DNA from: a virus | Taxonomy: Duplodnaviria; Caudoviricetes | Length of the DNA: 60,315 nucleotides | IMG/VR virus record: IMGVR_UViG_3300044996_000347 | Location: 1-60,315 of that record | Direction: 5' to 3' (one strand) | Part shown: positions 37,068 through 47,236 of the stretch, piece after piece | Layout: each line of letters begins with the position of its first letter | How positions within the stretch are numbered: position 1 is the first letter of the stretch | The notes under the pieces: generated by a model | Databases searched by the model: none | What the model was told of the DNA's origin: nothing | What the model saw: the letters and a program-made list of their open reading frames with translations, nothing else | Position numbers and translations under genes: made by a program

Positions 37068-38167
37068 GCGAGTGGTCAGATTCAATAAATCCTTTTAATA
37101 GTATGAAAAGCTTAGTACATTCTGCGCATTATGAAGCAATATTAAAAGGAAAACCATTGAACCCAATAGTTGTTAATTTTGATATGACAAATAAATGCAA
37201 CTATAAATGCAGATTTTGCATGTTTGGGGGAAGAAAAAGAGCAGATAAAACAAGTGAAATATTCAGAAACGACAACTCAGAACTTAATTCATTTCATATA
37301 AAAAAATTACCAAAATTATGGAAAAGATGGGGAATTAAAGCAGAATGTGTTGGAGGTGGTGGAGAGCCAACAATGCATCCTTATTGTTTTGATCATTTGT
37401 TGGATTCTCATAAACAAGGAATAGATATAGGATTTGTAAGTAATGGATTTTTAGTGAATAATGAAAGGAAATGGAATATTGTAATAAAAACATGCAAATG
37501 GGTTGGATTTAGCATTGATGCTGGAAACGAAGAGACATACTCAGCAGTCAAAGGAGTGCCAAAATGCCAATTTAATACAGTTATAAATAATATTAGGGGA
37601 TTAGTAAAAACAAAGGAAAAAATGAAATCAAAATGTAACATTGGATTTAAATTCTTATTGGACGAAGAAAATTATCAAACAATATATCAAGCCGCAAAAT
37701 TAGCAAAAGAAATAGGATGCAATACATTCCAATTCAGACCAGCAATTAATATAGATTATCATTTTGATATGGGTCAGATAGAAATGATAAAACAGCAAAT
37801 AAATAGAGCTCAAAAAGAACTTGATTGTGATAATTTTAAAGTTTTTGGAGTTACTCATAAATTTAATTCAGATTTTTCAAAAAAACACGATTTTAAAAAA
37901 TGCAGAGCAACAATGTTGACAACAACATGGTGTGCAGATGGAAAAGTATATATGTGCACCGATTCAAGAGGAAATCCATGGGCATATTTATGCGACCATT
38001 ATCCCAATCCTGAAAAAGTAATAAAATATTGGGGAAGTAAAGATCATTTTAAGAAGGTTAAAAAAATAAATTTTAAGAAAAATTGTGATAGATGTACCTT
38101 AGAAATGCCAAATCAATTTTTTGAAAAAGTATTTATTCAAGATAAAATGGAGAGATTTTTAGTATGA
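37064..38167 (+). CDS. Radical SAM enzyme with SPASM/twitch domain
   Basis: CNYKCRFC, GGGEP, C...DGKVYMC...CDRC. Confidence 0.92.
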   Translation: MSEWSDSINPFNSMKSLVHSAHYEAILKGKPLNPIVVNFDMTNKCNYKCRFCMFGGRKRADKTSEIFRNDNSELNSFHIKKLPKLWKRWGIKAECVGGGGEPTMHPYCFDHLLDSHKQGIDIGFVSNGFLVNNERKWNIVIKTCKWVGFSIDAGNEETYSAVKGVPKCQFNTVINNIRGLVKTKEKMKSKCNIGFKFLLDEENYQTIYQAAKLAKEIGCNTFQFRPAINIDYHFDMGQIEMIKQQINRAQKELDCDNFKVFGVTHKFNSDFSKKHDFKKCRATMLTTTWCADGKVYMCTDSRGNPWAYLCDHYPNPEKVIKYWGSKDHFKKVKKINFKKNCDRCTLEMPNQFFEKVFIQDKMERFLV

Positions 38168-38841
38168 TAGAAAAACCAGTAGCAATTATATTGCCTTGTC
38201 ATAATTCTGGAAAATACATTCAGATAGCAATAGACGCATTAATAAATAGAACACAATATCCATTTAAACTTATTTTAATAGAATCAGAAAGCACAGATGG
38301 AACAGCAGAAGTATGCGATTTTTATGCAGATACAAATAAAGATATAATTGTTTATCATACAAAAAAAGAAGGATTAGTAAAAGCAATAAACTATGGAATA
38401 CAAATGGCGGAAGATTTAGACGTCTATTTAATGCAGGATGACATAATTGTACCTAGATTATTTGAAAGAGATTGGCTTGCAGAATTAGTGAAAGCGAGTA
38501 AAGAAAAAGATTGCGGAATAGTTGTAACATTAAATGCTGGGGGGATTAGTGGACCAGATTATATAAATGGATTATTTTGGGCAGGAACTTGGAGTACATT
38601 TATTCCTAGATCAACAATAAATAAAATAGGATTATTTGACGAAAATTTTTCTCCAGGATGCGGAGATGACATTGATTATTCATACCGAATTTATAAAGAT
38701 GGATTAAGATTATATATGACAGATTTCTGGGTAGAACACCATAGAAAAACAGAACATTTTAATCAATCAGAAGAACTAAAAAAAGAACATGCAAAATTAT
38801 TCAGAAAAAAATGGAAACTCGGAGAATTTAAAGATGAATGA
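38164..38841 (+). CDS. GT2 glycosyltransferase
   Basis: STDGT, QDD, GLFDENF, DDIDYSYR. Confidence 0.92.
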   Translation: MIEKPVAIILPCHNSGKYIQIAIDALINRTQYPFKLILIESESTDGTAEVCDFYADTNKDIIVYHTKKEGLVKAINYGIQMAEDLDVYLMQDDIIVPRLFERDWLAELVKASKEKDCGIVVTLNAGGISGPDYINGLFWAGTWSTFIPRSTINKIGLFDENFSPGCGDDIDYSYRIYKDGLRLYMTDFWVEHHRKTEHFNQSEELKKEHAKLFRKKWKLGEFKDE

Positions 38842-39706
38842 AACAGCAATACTCATAAACGTACTTGATAGACCCACAGAAATAAGTTTATTGCTTCAAA
38901 GTTTAAGAACTTCAGATTATAAAAAATTTGATATATTTATTTTAGATGATTGTTCTGGGAACTCACTGTTTAACTATCATTTCTTTAATTGTATGATAAA
39001 TAGATTAAAAATGGAAGACCACAAAGTATTTATTAAAAGAACAGATTTTAATCTTGGAGTAACAAAAGCCAGGCAGGAAATAGTTAACTGGGCAATGTCT
39101 ATAAACGATTATAAATACCTATGCAGATTAGATGACGACACGATACTTCAACCAGATTATTTAAGTAGATTAATTAATGTTATAGAACAAGGATATGATA
39201 TGGCCACAGGAGTCACAGTTCCAATGATAACTCCAACTTTTATAAGAGAATCAAAGTTTTTAAAAGGAATAGCAAATAGAGTTATACTTGATGAAGAAGG
39301 AAACTATATAATGAATGCAGATGACTGCGGACAAGAATACACAGAAAGTGTTATAATCCCAGCACATCATTTCAGATCATGTTGCTTATATAAAAGCGAG
39401 ATACATAAAAAGGCGAATTATCTTCCAACAAGACTAAGTAAGAATGGATTCCGTGAAGAACAAATATTTAGTTATAGGGTGCTTATGGCAGGATTTAAAA
39501 TTGGATGTGACACTGGAGCAATTAATTATCATTTAATTTGTCCATCTGGTGGAGAAAGACCAACAATGAATCTTGTACCATTCAATCAACAAATACTCGA
39601 AGAATTCACAAAAGAAAATAAAGAAGAATTAAATAAATTATTTACTCATGAAAATATGCCAGATAAATTGGAATTGCAGAAGGAGAATAATCTTGTTAAA
39701 AAATGA
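38834..39706 (+). CDS. GT2 glycosyltransferase
   Basis: ILDDCS, RLDDD, FREE; start likely at MNETAIL. Confidence 0.85.
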   Translation: MNETAILINVLDRPTEISLLLQSLRTSDYKKFDIFILDDCSGNSLFNYHFFNCMINRLKMEDHKVFIKRTDFNLGVTKARQEIVNWAMSINDYKYLCRLDDDTILQPDYLSRLINVIEQGYDMATGVTVPMITPTFIRESKFLKGIANRVILDEEGNYIMNADDCGQEYTESVIIPAHHFRSCCLYKSEIHKKANYLPTRLSKNGFREEQIFSYRVLMAGFKIGCDTGAINYHLICPSGGERPTMNLVPFNQQILEEFTKENKEELNKLFTHENMPDKLELQKENNLVKK

Positions 39707-40824
39707 TAAATTGTATAGGATCATTGTTTGGACAATCAGGATATGATATTCATTTTAGACAATTAGTAAATGCTTTAAACAAATTAATACCATGCAAAAT
39801 AACAACTAATCTTCATCCAAATTGGTTAAGAGAAGTAAATGATCAAGAACTTGAAATGATCAAAAGGAAGGAAGATTATGAAGTCAATTTGATTATTACA
39901 CATCCAATATTCTGGAGAATAAATGCATATGCTAAGAAGAATATTACTTATTTAGTATGGGAAGGAGATAGAATACCAGAAAGTTTTATTAAAGAATGCT
40001 TAAATCCAAATATACATAAAATTATTGTTCCAAGTAAACATACAGAACAAGCATTATTAAATACTCTATTTCAATATCATAAAAAATTAGACCAATTTGA
40101 TAAAAATGAACTTGGGACTACAATTTTTAATTCTGGATTATGGCATTATAGAGGAATTCTAATGTGGGATAAAATTATAATAATCCCACATGGAGTAGAT
40201 TCAAATTTATTTTATCCAAAAGAAACAAAAAAAGATAAATTTACATTTCTTATGAATAAAGGACTTAGAAATTTAGAAGATAGAGGTGGAATACAATATG
40301 GAATTAAAGCATATTTAGAAGAATTTACAGACAAAGATAATGTACGCATGATTGTTAAGATTAATTCTGCTTATGGAATTCCTGATATAGATAATTTAAT
40401 CAAACAAATTACAGACAAAAAAGAAAATCTTCCAGAATTTTTGATAGATCTAAATAATTATCAATACAATGAAATGATTAATTTCTATAATAAAGGAGAT
40501 GTATTCATAAGTCCAACCAGAGCAGAGGCATTTAATTTGCCATGCATAGAAGCAATGAGTTGTGGATTGCCAATAATAACAACAGACTTCGGAGGTCAAG
40601 CAGAATATGCAATAGGTTGCTTAATTCCGTATACCCTAGCAGAAGTAAAACACGAAGTGCAATATGAAGGAATAAATTGGGCAATCCCAGATATAGATGC
40701 ACTAAAAAAGTCGCTCAGAGAGGCTTATAATGGGAATTTGAGGAATTTAAGGGAACAATGTATCTCTAAAGCAAAAGAAATGAGTTGGGATAAAACAGCA
40801 CAAGAAATATTAAAATTAATATGA
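39703..40824 (+). CDS. GT4 glycosyltransferase
   Basis: SGY, VPS, IPHGVD, EAFNLPCIEAMSCG. Confidence 0.92.
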   Translation: MINCIGSLFGQSGYDIHFRQLVNALNKLIPCKITTNLHPNWLREVNDQELEMIKRKEDYEVNLIITHPIFWRINAYAKKNITYLVWEGDRIPESFIKECLNPNIHKIIVPSKHTEQALLNTLFQYHKKLDQFDKNELGTTIFNSGLWHYRGILMWDKIIIIPHGVDSNLFYPKETKKDKFTFLMNKGLRNLEDRGGIQYGIKAYLEEFTDKDNVRMIVKINSAYGIPDIDNLIKQITDKKENLPEFLIDLNNYQYNEMINFYNKGDVFISPTRAEAFNLPCIEAMSCGLPIITTDFGGQAEYAIGCLIPYTLAEVKHEVQYEGINWAIPDIDALKKSLREAYNGNLRNLREQCISKAKEMSWDKTAQEILKLI

Positions 40825-41474
40825 AAATATTAAATCTTTATGCTGGAATAGGGGGAAATAGAAAGTTATGGGAAGATCATCAAATTGATGCAGTAGAATT
40901 AAATCCAGAAATAGCATATGTGTATAAAAACTTATTTCCAAAAGATAATGTATTTATCATGGATGCACATGAATTTTTATTAAAATATTTTAAAAATTAT
41001 GATTTTATATGGAGCAGTCCTCCATGTCAAAGTCATTCTGGTTGCAATCATTTTTTAAAAGGACAAGGAATATTCAGATACCCAGACATGAAATTATATG
41101 AAGAAATAATTTTTTTAAAGCATTTTTTTAAAGGAAAATGGGTAGTTGAAAATGTTAAACCATATTACAAACCATTAATCGAACCCCAGCGAATTGGAAG
41201 GCATTGTTTTTGGTCAAATTTTAAAATTGATTCGATTAAAGTAGATTATCAAATAGGAACAATGAATAGAAAAGCTAGTAGAGATTCTCAACGAAAAGCT
41301 ATTATACGAGAAGCGCAAATACCAGAGTTAATAGATTTACACGGATTGAATAATTTAAATTTAAAATTAAAAAATAAAAGGCAAGTTCTGAGAAATTGTG
41401 TATTGCCTCAAATAGGAAAACATATACTAGAGTGTGCGATACGGGCGTCCCCTTGCACACAATCAAATAAATAA
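40821..41474 (+). CDS. Compact C5-cytosine DNA methyltransferase
   Basis: LYAGIGG, SPPCQ, ENV motifs. Confidence 0.9.
   Translation: MKILNLYAGIGGNRKLWEDHQIDAVELNPEIAYVYKNLFPKDNVFIMDAHEFLLKYFKNYDFIWSSPPCQSHSGCNHFLKGQGIFRYPDMKLYEEIIFLKHFFKGKWVVENVKPYYKPLIEPQRIGRHCFWSNFKIDSIKVDYQIGTMNRKASRDSQRKAIIREAQIPELIDLHGLNNLNLKLKNKRQVLRNCVLPQIGKHILECAIRASPCTQSNK
41432..41460 (+). terminator. GC-rich hairpin at the end of the modification operon
   Basis: gtgtgcga...ttgcacac, with T-rich runs about 25-45 nt downstream. Confidence 0.4.
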
Positions 41475-41559
41475 AGTATGTATTCTTTATAAACTTTTCT
41501 ATTTTAAAGTAGTATCATAAAAACACAAAGTTTATAAACAAGCAATTAATTAATTAATT

Positions 41560-41751
41560 ATGGATATCAAACATATAATCAAAAGAATTGCTCATGGAGC
41601 TTCATTCATAATTTTTTTATATGCATTATTTGGATTTAATCGATTTGAACCAATTTCAGCAATACAAGAATCAACAATTGCATTATGGCAGATTAAATGG
41701 GTGCTAATTTCTATTTTAATAGAATTAGGAATAATTGCAGCAAAAGAATAA
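41560..41751 (+). CDS. Small two-TM membrane protein
   Basis: BRE/TATA aaagtttataaa at about -30; two hydrophobic helices. Confidence 0.65.
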   Translation: MDIKHIIKRIAHGASFIIFLYALFGFNRFEPISAIQESTIALWQIKWVLISILIELGIIAAKE

Positions 41752-41752
41752 A

Positions 41753-41923
41753 ATGGGAAAACATATAAATCCAAAAGATAAAATAGTTCAAAGATCTATC
41801 GGTTTTAAATTCAGACAAATAGAATTTTTTAATGATTATCCAGAATTTAAACCAGATCAATTCTGCAGACAAATTATAGATGAACAAATTCAGCAAATAA
41901 ATCCAAAATATCTTGAAAATTAA
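41753..41923 (+). CDS. Small RHH-like protein
   Basis: VQRSIGF...FCRQIIDEQI. Confidence 0.5.
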   Translation: MGKHINPKDKIVQRSIGFKFRQIEFFNDYPEFKPDQFCRQIIDEQIQQINPKYLEN

Positions 41924-41928
41924 ATAAA

Positions 41929-42246
41929 ATGAAAAGACAATTAACAGAAACTGAAAAAGAATTAACTTTGAAAGGTATAGAAAAAAATAAAGAACAATTA
42001 ATTAATTTAAATAATTCATTAGAAATAATGCAATTACATAAAGAATTTTTAATTAAAAAAAGAGCATATGAAGATAAAGTAAGACCATTTAATCGTGAAA
42101 AAGAAGATTTAGAAATAGAAAACTCTATAGTAGGATATAATGCAGAGATAAAACTAAAAGAAGATATAATTAAAGAATTAAATAATCAACTTAATGAGGG
42201 CGTAGAGATGAAAGAAAATAGTGATATGCCTACAGGAGTTGGCTAA
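41929..42246 (+). CDS. Coiled-coil hypothetical protein
   Basis: ORF with heptad pattern. Confidence 0.7.
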   Translation: MKRQLTETEKELTLKGIEKNKEQLINLNNSLEIMQLHKEFLIKKRAYEDKVRPFNREKEDLEIENSIVGYNAEIKLKEDIIKELNNQLNEGVEMKENSDMPTGVG

Positions 42247-42255
42247 GGAGGTAGC

Positions 42256-42753
42256 ATGGAAGACGGAATAATTAGAACACCCACAGAATCAGAAAAAAAA
42301 GATTTTATCCCTATTGTAAATCCCTCAAGAAGGGAAAAAACAGAAATAGAAAAATTTAATGAAGAATTAGGAAAAAAGATGCAAATATGTATATCTAATG
42401 GCGTTCCATTTTGTGATAAAGCCGCAAGAGATGATTTTAAGGATTACTGGGAAGATGAAGTTAAAAAGAATGTAAGGAAGAATGGATATCTTAAACCAGA
42501 AGAAATAAAACCATTCAAAATAAACTGGACAAAATATTCAGACTTAAACAACTTTGAAATAATAGATGAAAAAGAAGTAAGTGATGAATATGAGACTAAA
42601 AAGCATCCTGGATTAGATATAAAGTTCAAGACTACAATATATAAATTCAAGGGATATTCAAATACATATTCTGTAATGGAAGATAAGCCAAGTGCAATTA
42701 GGCGAGCTAGAGAAAAGCTAAAAGAACTTGAAGAAGTAACAAAGAAAAAGTGA
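42256..42753 (+). CDS. Hypothetical protein
   Basis: SD aggaggt. Confidence 0.75.
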   Translation: MEDGIIRTPTESEKKDFIPIVNPSRREKTEIEKFNEELGKKMQICISNGVPFCDKAARDDFKDYWEDEVKKNVRKNGYLKPEEIKPFKINWTKYSDLNNFEIIDEKEVSDEYETKKHPGLDIKFKTTIYKFKGYSNTYSVMEDKPSAIRRAREKLKELEEVTKKK

Positions 42754-44057
42754 TCATGGAATATGAACAGATTGACATTGAATCAGTCAAAGAGGCAGAT
42801 TATAATCCAAGAAAGATAAGTGAAAAAGATTTTAATAATTTAAAAAAGAGTATTAAAGAACATGGTCAACTTAGACCATTAATTATAAACAAGAATTCTG
42901 GAAATTTAATAAGCGGTCATCAAATGCTAAAAGTAGCAAAAGAATTAAACTGGAAAAAATTAGATGTTATTTATAAAGAATTATCAATAGAGCAAGAAAA
43001 AGCACTTAATATCGCAATGAATAAAATATCTGGTCAATTTGATGAAGATAAACTTATAGACTTATTAATGGATATAGATGAGAAAAATGAAGACCTACTA
43101 GGATCAACAGGATTCAGTACTGAAGAAATTAATTATTTATTGGGATTAAAAGAAAGAGACAAAGAAGATATGTTTGCTGTTAGTGTTGAAGATGAATATA
43201 CAGGAAAGAATAAATATGGAATTCAAGAAGGGGATATAATTAAATTAGATAATCATACAATTATATGCGGGGATTCATCTAAAATAGAAACATGGCAGAA
43301 ACTAATAGGAGATAACAAGATAGATTTGATTATTACTAGTCCACCATATAATCTTGATATTTCATATGGTAAATATCAAGATAAACAACCATTAAATGAT
43401 TACCTTAAAATGATTAAGCAAGTATTTGAGAATGGTCAGCAATTCATGAAAAAAGGCAGATACATATGCAATAATATTGGAAGAGAATGGGGGCCAATTA
43501 ATATGCCAGCAAAATATGATCAGATATTTGAAGAATTGGGATATACTTTTTTTAGGAATATTTATTGGAAAAAACCAAGCGGTTCAGCCAGGGGAACAAT
43601 AACAACAAGAAATCCATTTCCAAGATATTATGTTCCAAAAGTACAAACAGAAATAATACAAATTTATGCAAATGAAGAACAGCCAGAATTAATTAATCAG
43701 ATGATAACTTATAAATATGGGGATTCAGAAAAATTAAGAAAAGAACAGATACCAAACATATTATTGAATAAATTCGCAGGAAATGTATGGGAAATGATGA
43801 CAGAAACAACATTAAGCGGAGATCATCCAGCGCCATTTCCCATAGATTTGCCTTTTAATTGCATAAGATTCTTCACATTTGAAAATGAGAATGTATTGGA
43901 TTGCTTTCATGGATCAGGATCAAGTATGATCGCAAGTGATCAATTAAATAGAAAATACTATGGAATAGATATAGATCCAGATTACATTAGTTTATCAATT
44001 GAGAGATTTTTAATGTATAAACCAAATACAAAAATGGAGATTATACATGGAAATTAA
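42750..44057 (+). CDS. ParB/Srx domain fused to an amino-methyltransferase (SPPY, N4-mC-like)
   Basis: YNPR...GHQ ParB-like motif; TSPPY, HPAPFP, LDCFHGSGS. Confidence 0.92.
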   Translation: MIMEYEQIDIESVKEADYNPRKISEKDFNNLKKSIKEHGQLRPLIINKNSGNLISGHQMLKVAKELNWKKLDVIYKELSIEQEKALNIAMNKISGQFDEDKLIDLLMDIDEKNEDLLGSTGFSTEEINYLLGLKERDKEDMFAVSVEDEYTGKNKYGIQEGDIIKLDNHTIICGDSSKIETWQKLIGDNKIDLIITSPPYNLDISYGKYQDKQPLNDYLKMIKQVFENGQQFMKKGRYICNNIGREWGPINMPAKYDQIFEELGYTFFRNIYWKKPSGSARGTITTRNPFPRYYVPKVQTEIIQIYANEEQPELINQMITYKYGDSEKLRKEQIPNILLNKFAGNVWEMMTETTLSGDHPAPFPIDLPFNCIRFFTFENENVLDCFHGSGSSMIASDQLNRKYYGIDIDPDYISLSIERFLMYKPNTKMEIIHGN

Positions 44058-44703
44058 TAAAGTTTATTGTATGGATGCATTGCAATTTTTAAAACAATTG
44101 CCAGATAAATTTGCAGATTTATGCTTAACAGACCCACCATATGGGGTAGGGATAAAAGAGTGGGATAAAAAGGTTCCTTTAGTTTGGTGTGATGAAATTA
44201 GCAGAGTTATGGCGGATGATGCCTCTCTTTTAGTATTCTGTGGAAAACAAAACCGACTTGAAGTTGAACAAAGATTAAGAAAGGCAGGATTAATTTTCTG
44301 GCAAGAGCTAATATGGTATTACCGTAATGGAGGAATACAAAGAAAAAGGTCTTATAATGGACATCACGAACCGATTTTGTGGTTTGTTAAAAACCCTGGT
44401 AATTTTCATTTTGATACAAAAAATAAGTTATGGATAGATAATTGGACAGTTATAGAAAAATCTCGACCACAAAGAAATTTCAAAAAGGATAAGAAAATCC
44501 ATCCAACACAAAAGTCTCTTGAAGTTGTCAAACATTTAATAGAAAATCACTCAAAAGAAGGAGATATCGTACTAGACCCATTTATGGGTAGCGGAACAAC
44601 CGCCTTAGCCGCTCAAATGACTAAAAGAAATTTCATTGGATGTGATATAATTCAAAAATATGTAGATATTACAAATAGGAGGCTTCAAAATCCATGGATA
44701 TAA
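44047..44703 (+). CDS. Beta-class N6-adenine/N4-cytosine DNA methyltransferase
   Basis: DPPY, HPTQK, LDPFMGSGTT. Confidence 0.93.
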   Translation: MEINKVYCMDALQFLKQLPDKFADLCLTDPPYGVGIKEWDKKVPLVWCDEISRVMADDASLLVFCGKQNRLEVEQRLRKAGLIFWQELIWYYRNGGIQRKRSYNGHHEPILWFVKNPGNFHFDTKNKLWIDNWTVIEKSRPQRNFKKDKKIHPTQKSLEVVKHLIENHSKEGDIVLDPFMGSGTTALAAQMTKRNFIGCDIIQKYVDITNRRLQNPWI

Positions 44704-45431
44704 AAGAAGGAAATAAATTCATACTTGGGAAACATGTATTAATGTGCGGAAATAGTTTAAAATTAACAGATGTAAATAAATTATTAGATGGACAGAAAGC
44801 AGACATGATATGGACAGATCCGCCTTATTCAATTAATTATATTCCAGAATCTAGGAGAAAAGGCGGAAGAAGTATGCATAAACTTGGAGGAATCATGAAT
44901 GATATAAACTTTCAAATTTTAACACTCTTAAATTTAATTCATACTGGAATAGTCAAAGGAGCAGTTTATATGTGTTGTGGAACTAATCAAATTGAATTAA
45001 TATATCCCTGGTGCATGAAAAACTTGGGATATAGACCAACTTTTATTATGTGGATAAAGAATGGATTCAGCATTTTAGCTAGAGATTATCATAGTCAATA
45101 CGAACCAATGCTTTATTTTTATTATCCTGAAAAGAAATTTAGAGGAAATAGGGGGCAAACAGACTGCTGGTTCATAAAAAGACGACCCACAGGCAAATAT
45201 ACACATCCTACATGTAAACCTGTCGCACTTGTACAAAAATGCATAATAAATAGTTCAGATGAAAATGATATTGTATTAGATCTATTCCTTGGTTCAGGAA
45301 CAAGTCTAATAGCATGTGAAAATACTAATCGAAGATGTTATGCCATGGAATTAGATCCAAGATATGTCGAAGTAGCAATTAAAAGATGGGAAGACTTAAC
45401 TAAACAAAAAGCAATTAAGATAAATACATAA
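44694..45431 (+). CDS. Beta-class N6-adenine/N4-cytosine DNA methyltransferase
   Basis: DPPY, HPTCKP, LDLFLGSGTS. Confidence 0.93.
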   Translation: MDIKEGNKFILGKHVLMCGNSLKLTDVNKLLDGQKADMIWTDPPYSINYIPESRRKGGRSMHKLGGIMNDINFQILTLLNLIHTGIVKGAVYMCCGTNQIELIYPWCMKNLGYRPTFIMWIKNGFSILARDYHSQYEPMLYFYYPEKKFRGNRGQTDCWFIKRRPTGKYTHPTCKPVALVQKCIINSSDENDIVLDLFLGSGTSLIACENTNRRCYAMELDPRYVEVAIKRWEDLTKQKAIKINT

Positions 45432-45434
45432 TTT

Positions 45435-45905
45435 ATGGAAGAAATTCATAAAATATTCACAAAAGAAGTTTTAGAAAGAAGAAACAAAATACTCGAATTA
45501 ATCAAAAAAGTTGGACTTTGGAATATAGACACAAAATTATTGGCCAAACAATTTGAAGTAAGTACTAGGACTATATTTAAAGATTTAAATTGGATTAAAG
45601 GGCATTACAGGCCAAAAGATATAAAAGAAATAAAAATACAAATGAATGTAATTGGAGATAGAATAGTTAATGAAGCTTTAATTGCTGCAACAAATCAAGA
45701 TCCTAAAATAAAAATACAGGCAATAGATCTATTAATTAAAGCTCAAAAATCTTATAGGGAAGAATTAGAAAATTGGGGATATAAAGAAAAAATAGCAGAT
45801 AAACATGAACACAATATTAGAGGATATAGATTTGAACTTATTGAAGTGCCAAGTACAGCTGAGCAAAAAGCAGAAGCAAGCTCTAATGATACTCCAAGAC
45901 AATGA
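45435..45905 (+). CDS. terS: Terminase small subunit
   Basis: HTH (LAKQFEVSTRTIFKDL), directly upstream of TerL. Confidence 0.75.
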   Translation: MEEIHKIFTKEVLERRNKILELIKKVGLWNIDTKLLAKQFEVSTRTIFKDLNWIKGHYRPKDIKEIKIQMNVIGDRIVNEALIAATNQDPKIKIQAIDLLIKAQKSYREELENWGYKEKIADKHEHNIRGYRFELIEVPSTAEQKAEASSNDTPRQ

Positions 45906-47184
45906 AACAACAGAAGTTTTATATGGAGGTGGCGCGGGTGGAGGAAAATCTGTACTTGGATGTCTTTGGCTTATTTTATCATGCTTGAAATATCAAGGAA
46001 GCAGATGGCTAATGGGCAGGGCCATACTTAAAACATTAAAAGAGAGTACATTATTAACTTTTTTTAGATTATGTTCTATTTATGGATTAAAAAATGGAAT
46101 AGATTTTAAATATAATTCTATGAGTGGAATAGTTACATGGTTCAATGGAAGTGAAATATATCTGAAGGATTTATTTTTATATCCGAGTGATCCTGAGTTC
46201 GATGAACTTGGAAGTACTGAATATACTGGAGCATTTATAGATGAAGCAAGCCAGGTAAGCCATAAGGCCTATTTAATTGTAATGTCAAGAATAAGATATA
46301 GACTTGATGAATTTGGATTGATCCCAAAATTATTGACTGCAACAAATCCTACAAAAAACTTTTTATATCAAGAATTTTATAAAGCAGAAAAAGAAGGAAA
46401 TTTATTAAAACATAGGAAATTTGTGCACGCATTAGTCACGGACAATCCATTTATATCTAAACATTATATAGAAAATCTTCACAAATTAGACAAAAATTCA
46501 AAAGAAAGATTGCTTTTTGGAAACTGGGAATATGATGAAGATCCCACAAAATTATTTGATTATGATAAAATATTAGATATGTTCACAAATAATTATATAG
46601 AAACTCCAAAAGAACAAAAATACATAACGTGTGATGTGGCTAGATTCGGAGAAGATAAAACAGTTATTATATTATGGCAACATTTTCATATTATTAAATT
46701 GTCAGTATTTCAGAACAAAAGTCTAAAAGAAACAAGGACCTTCTTAGAATGGTTAGCCAGCAAAGAGGGAATACCCCGATCAAATATAGTAGTTGATGAA
46801 GATGGCATAGGTGGTGGCATAGTTGACGAAATGAAGGGGATAAAAGGATTTGTGAACAATTCTAAGGCTCTTGAAAGGCTTAATCATAAGGATATAGCAA
46901 ACTACAAAAACCTTAAATCACAATGCTATTTTTATCTTTCTGAGATGGTTAATAGTGGAAAAATAAGTATCTATAAAGAAATAGATCCAAAACATAAAGA
47001 ATTAATTATCGGAGACTTAGAGCAGATAAAGAATCATAATGCAGACAAAGATCAACCGCTTCAAGTAACGCCAAAAGAAAATATAAAAGAATTAATAGGA
47101 AGATCTTCAGATTTTGGAGATGCAATAATGATGCGAATGTATTTTATTCTAAAGAAACCATTGAAGCCATATATTTCAGTTTAA
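45805..47184 (+). CDS. terL: Terminase large subunit
   Basis: YGGGAGGGKS, FIDEA, ATNP, CDVARFG, DFGDA nuclease motifs. Confidence 0.95.
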   Translation: MNTILEDIDLNLLKCQVQLSKKQKQALMILQDNETTEVLYGGGAGGGKSVLGCLWLILSCLKYQGSRWLMGRAILKTLKESTLLTFFRLCSIYGLKNGIDFKYNSMSGIVTWFNGSEIYLKDLFLYPSDPEFDELGSTEYTGAFIDEASQVSHKAYLIVMSRIRYRLDEFGLIPKLLTATNPTKNFLYQEFYKAEKEGNLLKHRKFVHALVTDNPFISKHYIENLHKLDKNSKERLLFGNWEYDEDPTKLFDYDKILDMFTNNYIETPKEQKYITCDVARFGEDKTVIILWQHFHIIKLSVFQNKSLKETRTFLEWLASKEGIPRSNIVVDEDGIGGGIVDEMKGIKGFVNNSKALERLNHKDIANYKNLKSQCYFYLSEMVNSGKISIYKEIDPKHKELIIGDLEQIKNHNADKDQPLQVTPKENIKELIGRSSDFGDAIMMRMYFILKKPLKPYISV

Positions 47185-47216
47185 AATATATATAATTAAA
47201 ATCAATTAATTTAAAT
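47185..47216 (+). promoter_or_regulatory. Conserved late-promoter motif, copy 1
   Basis: AATATATATAA-N2-AAAATCAA-N3-ATTTAAAT, ending 21 nt before the portal ATG. Confidence 0.75.
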
Positions 47217-47236
47217 TGCAAAAATCTTGATTATTA

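Noticed and set aside
40821-45431. Restriction-modification system
   Set aside because: No adjacent restriction endonuclease; the PD-(D/E)xK protein at 34395 fits Hjc better
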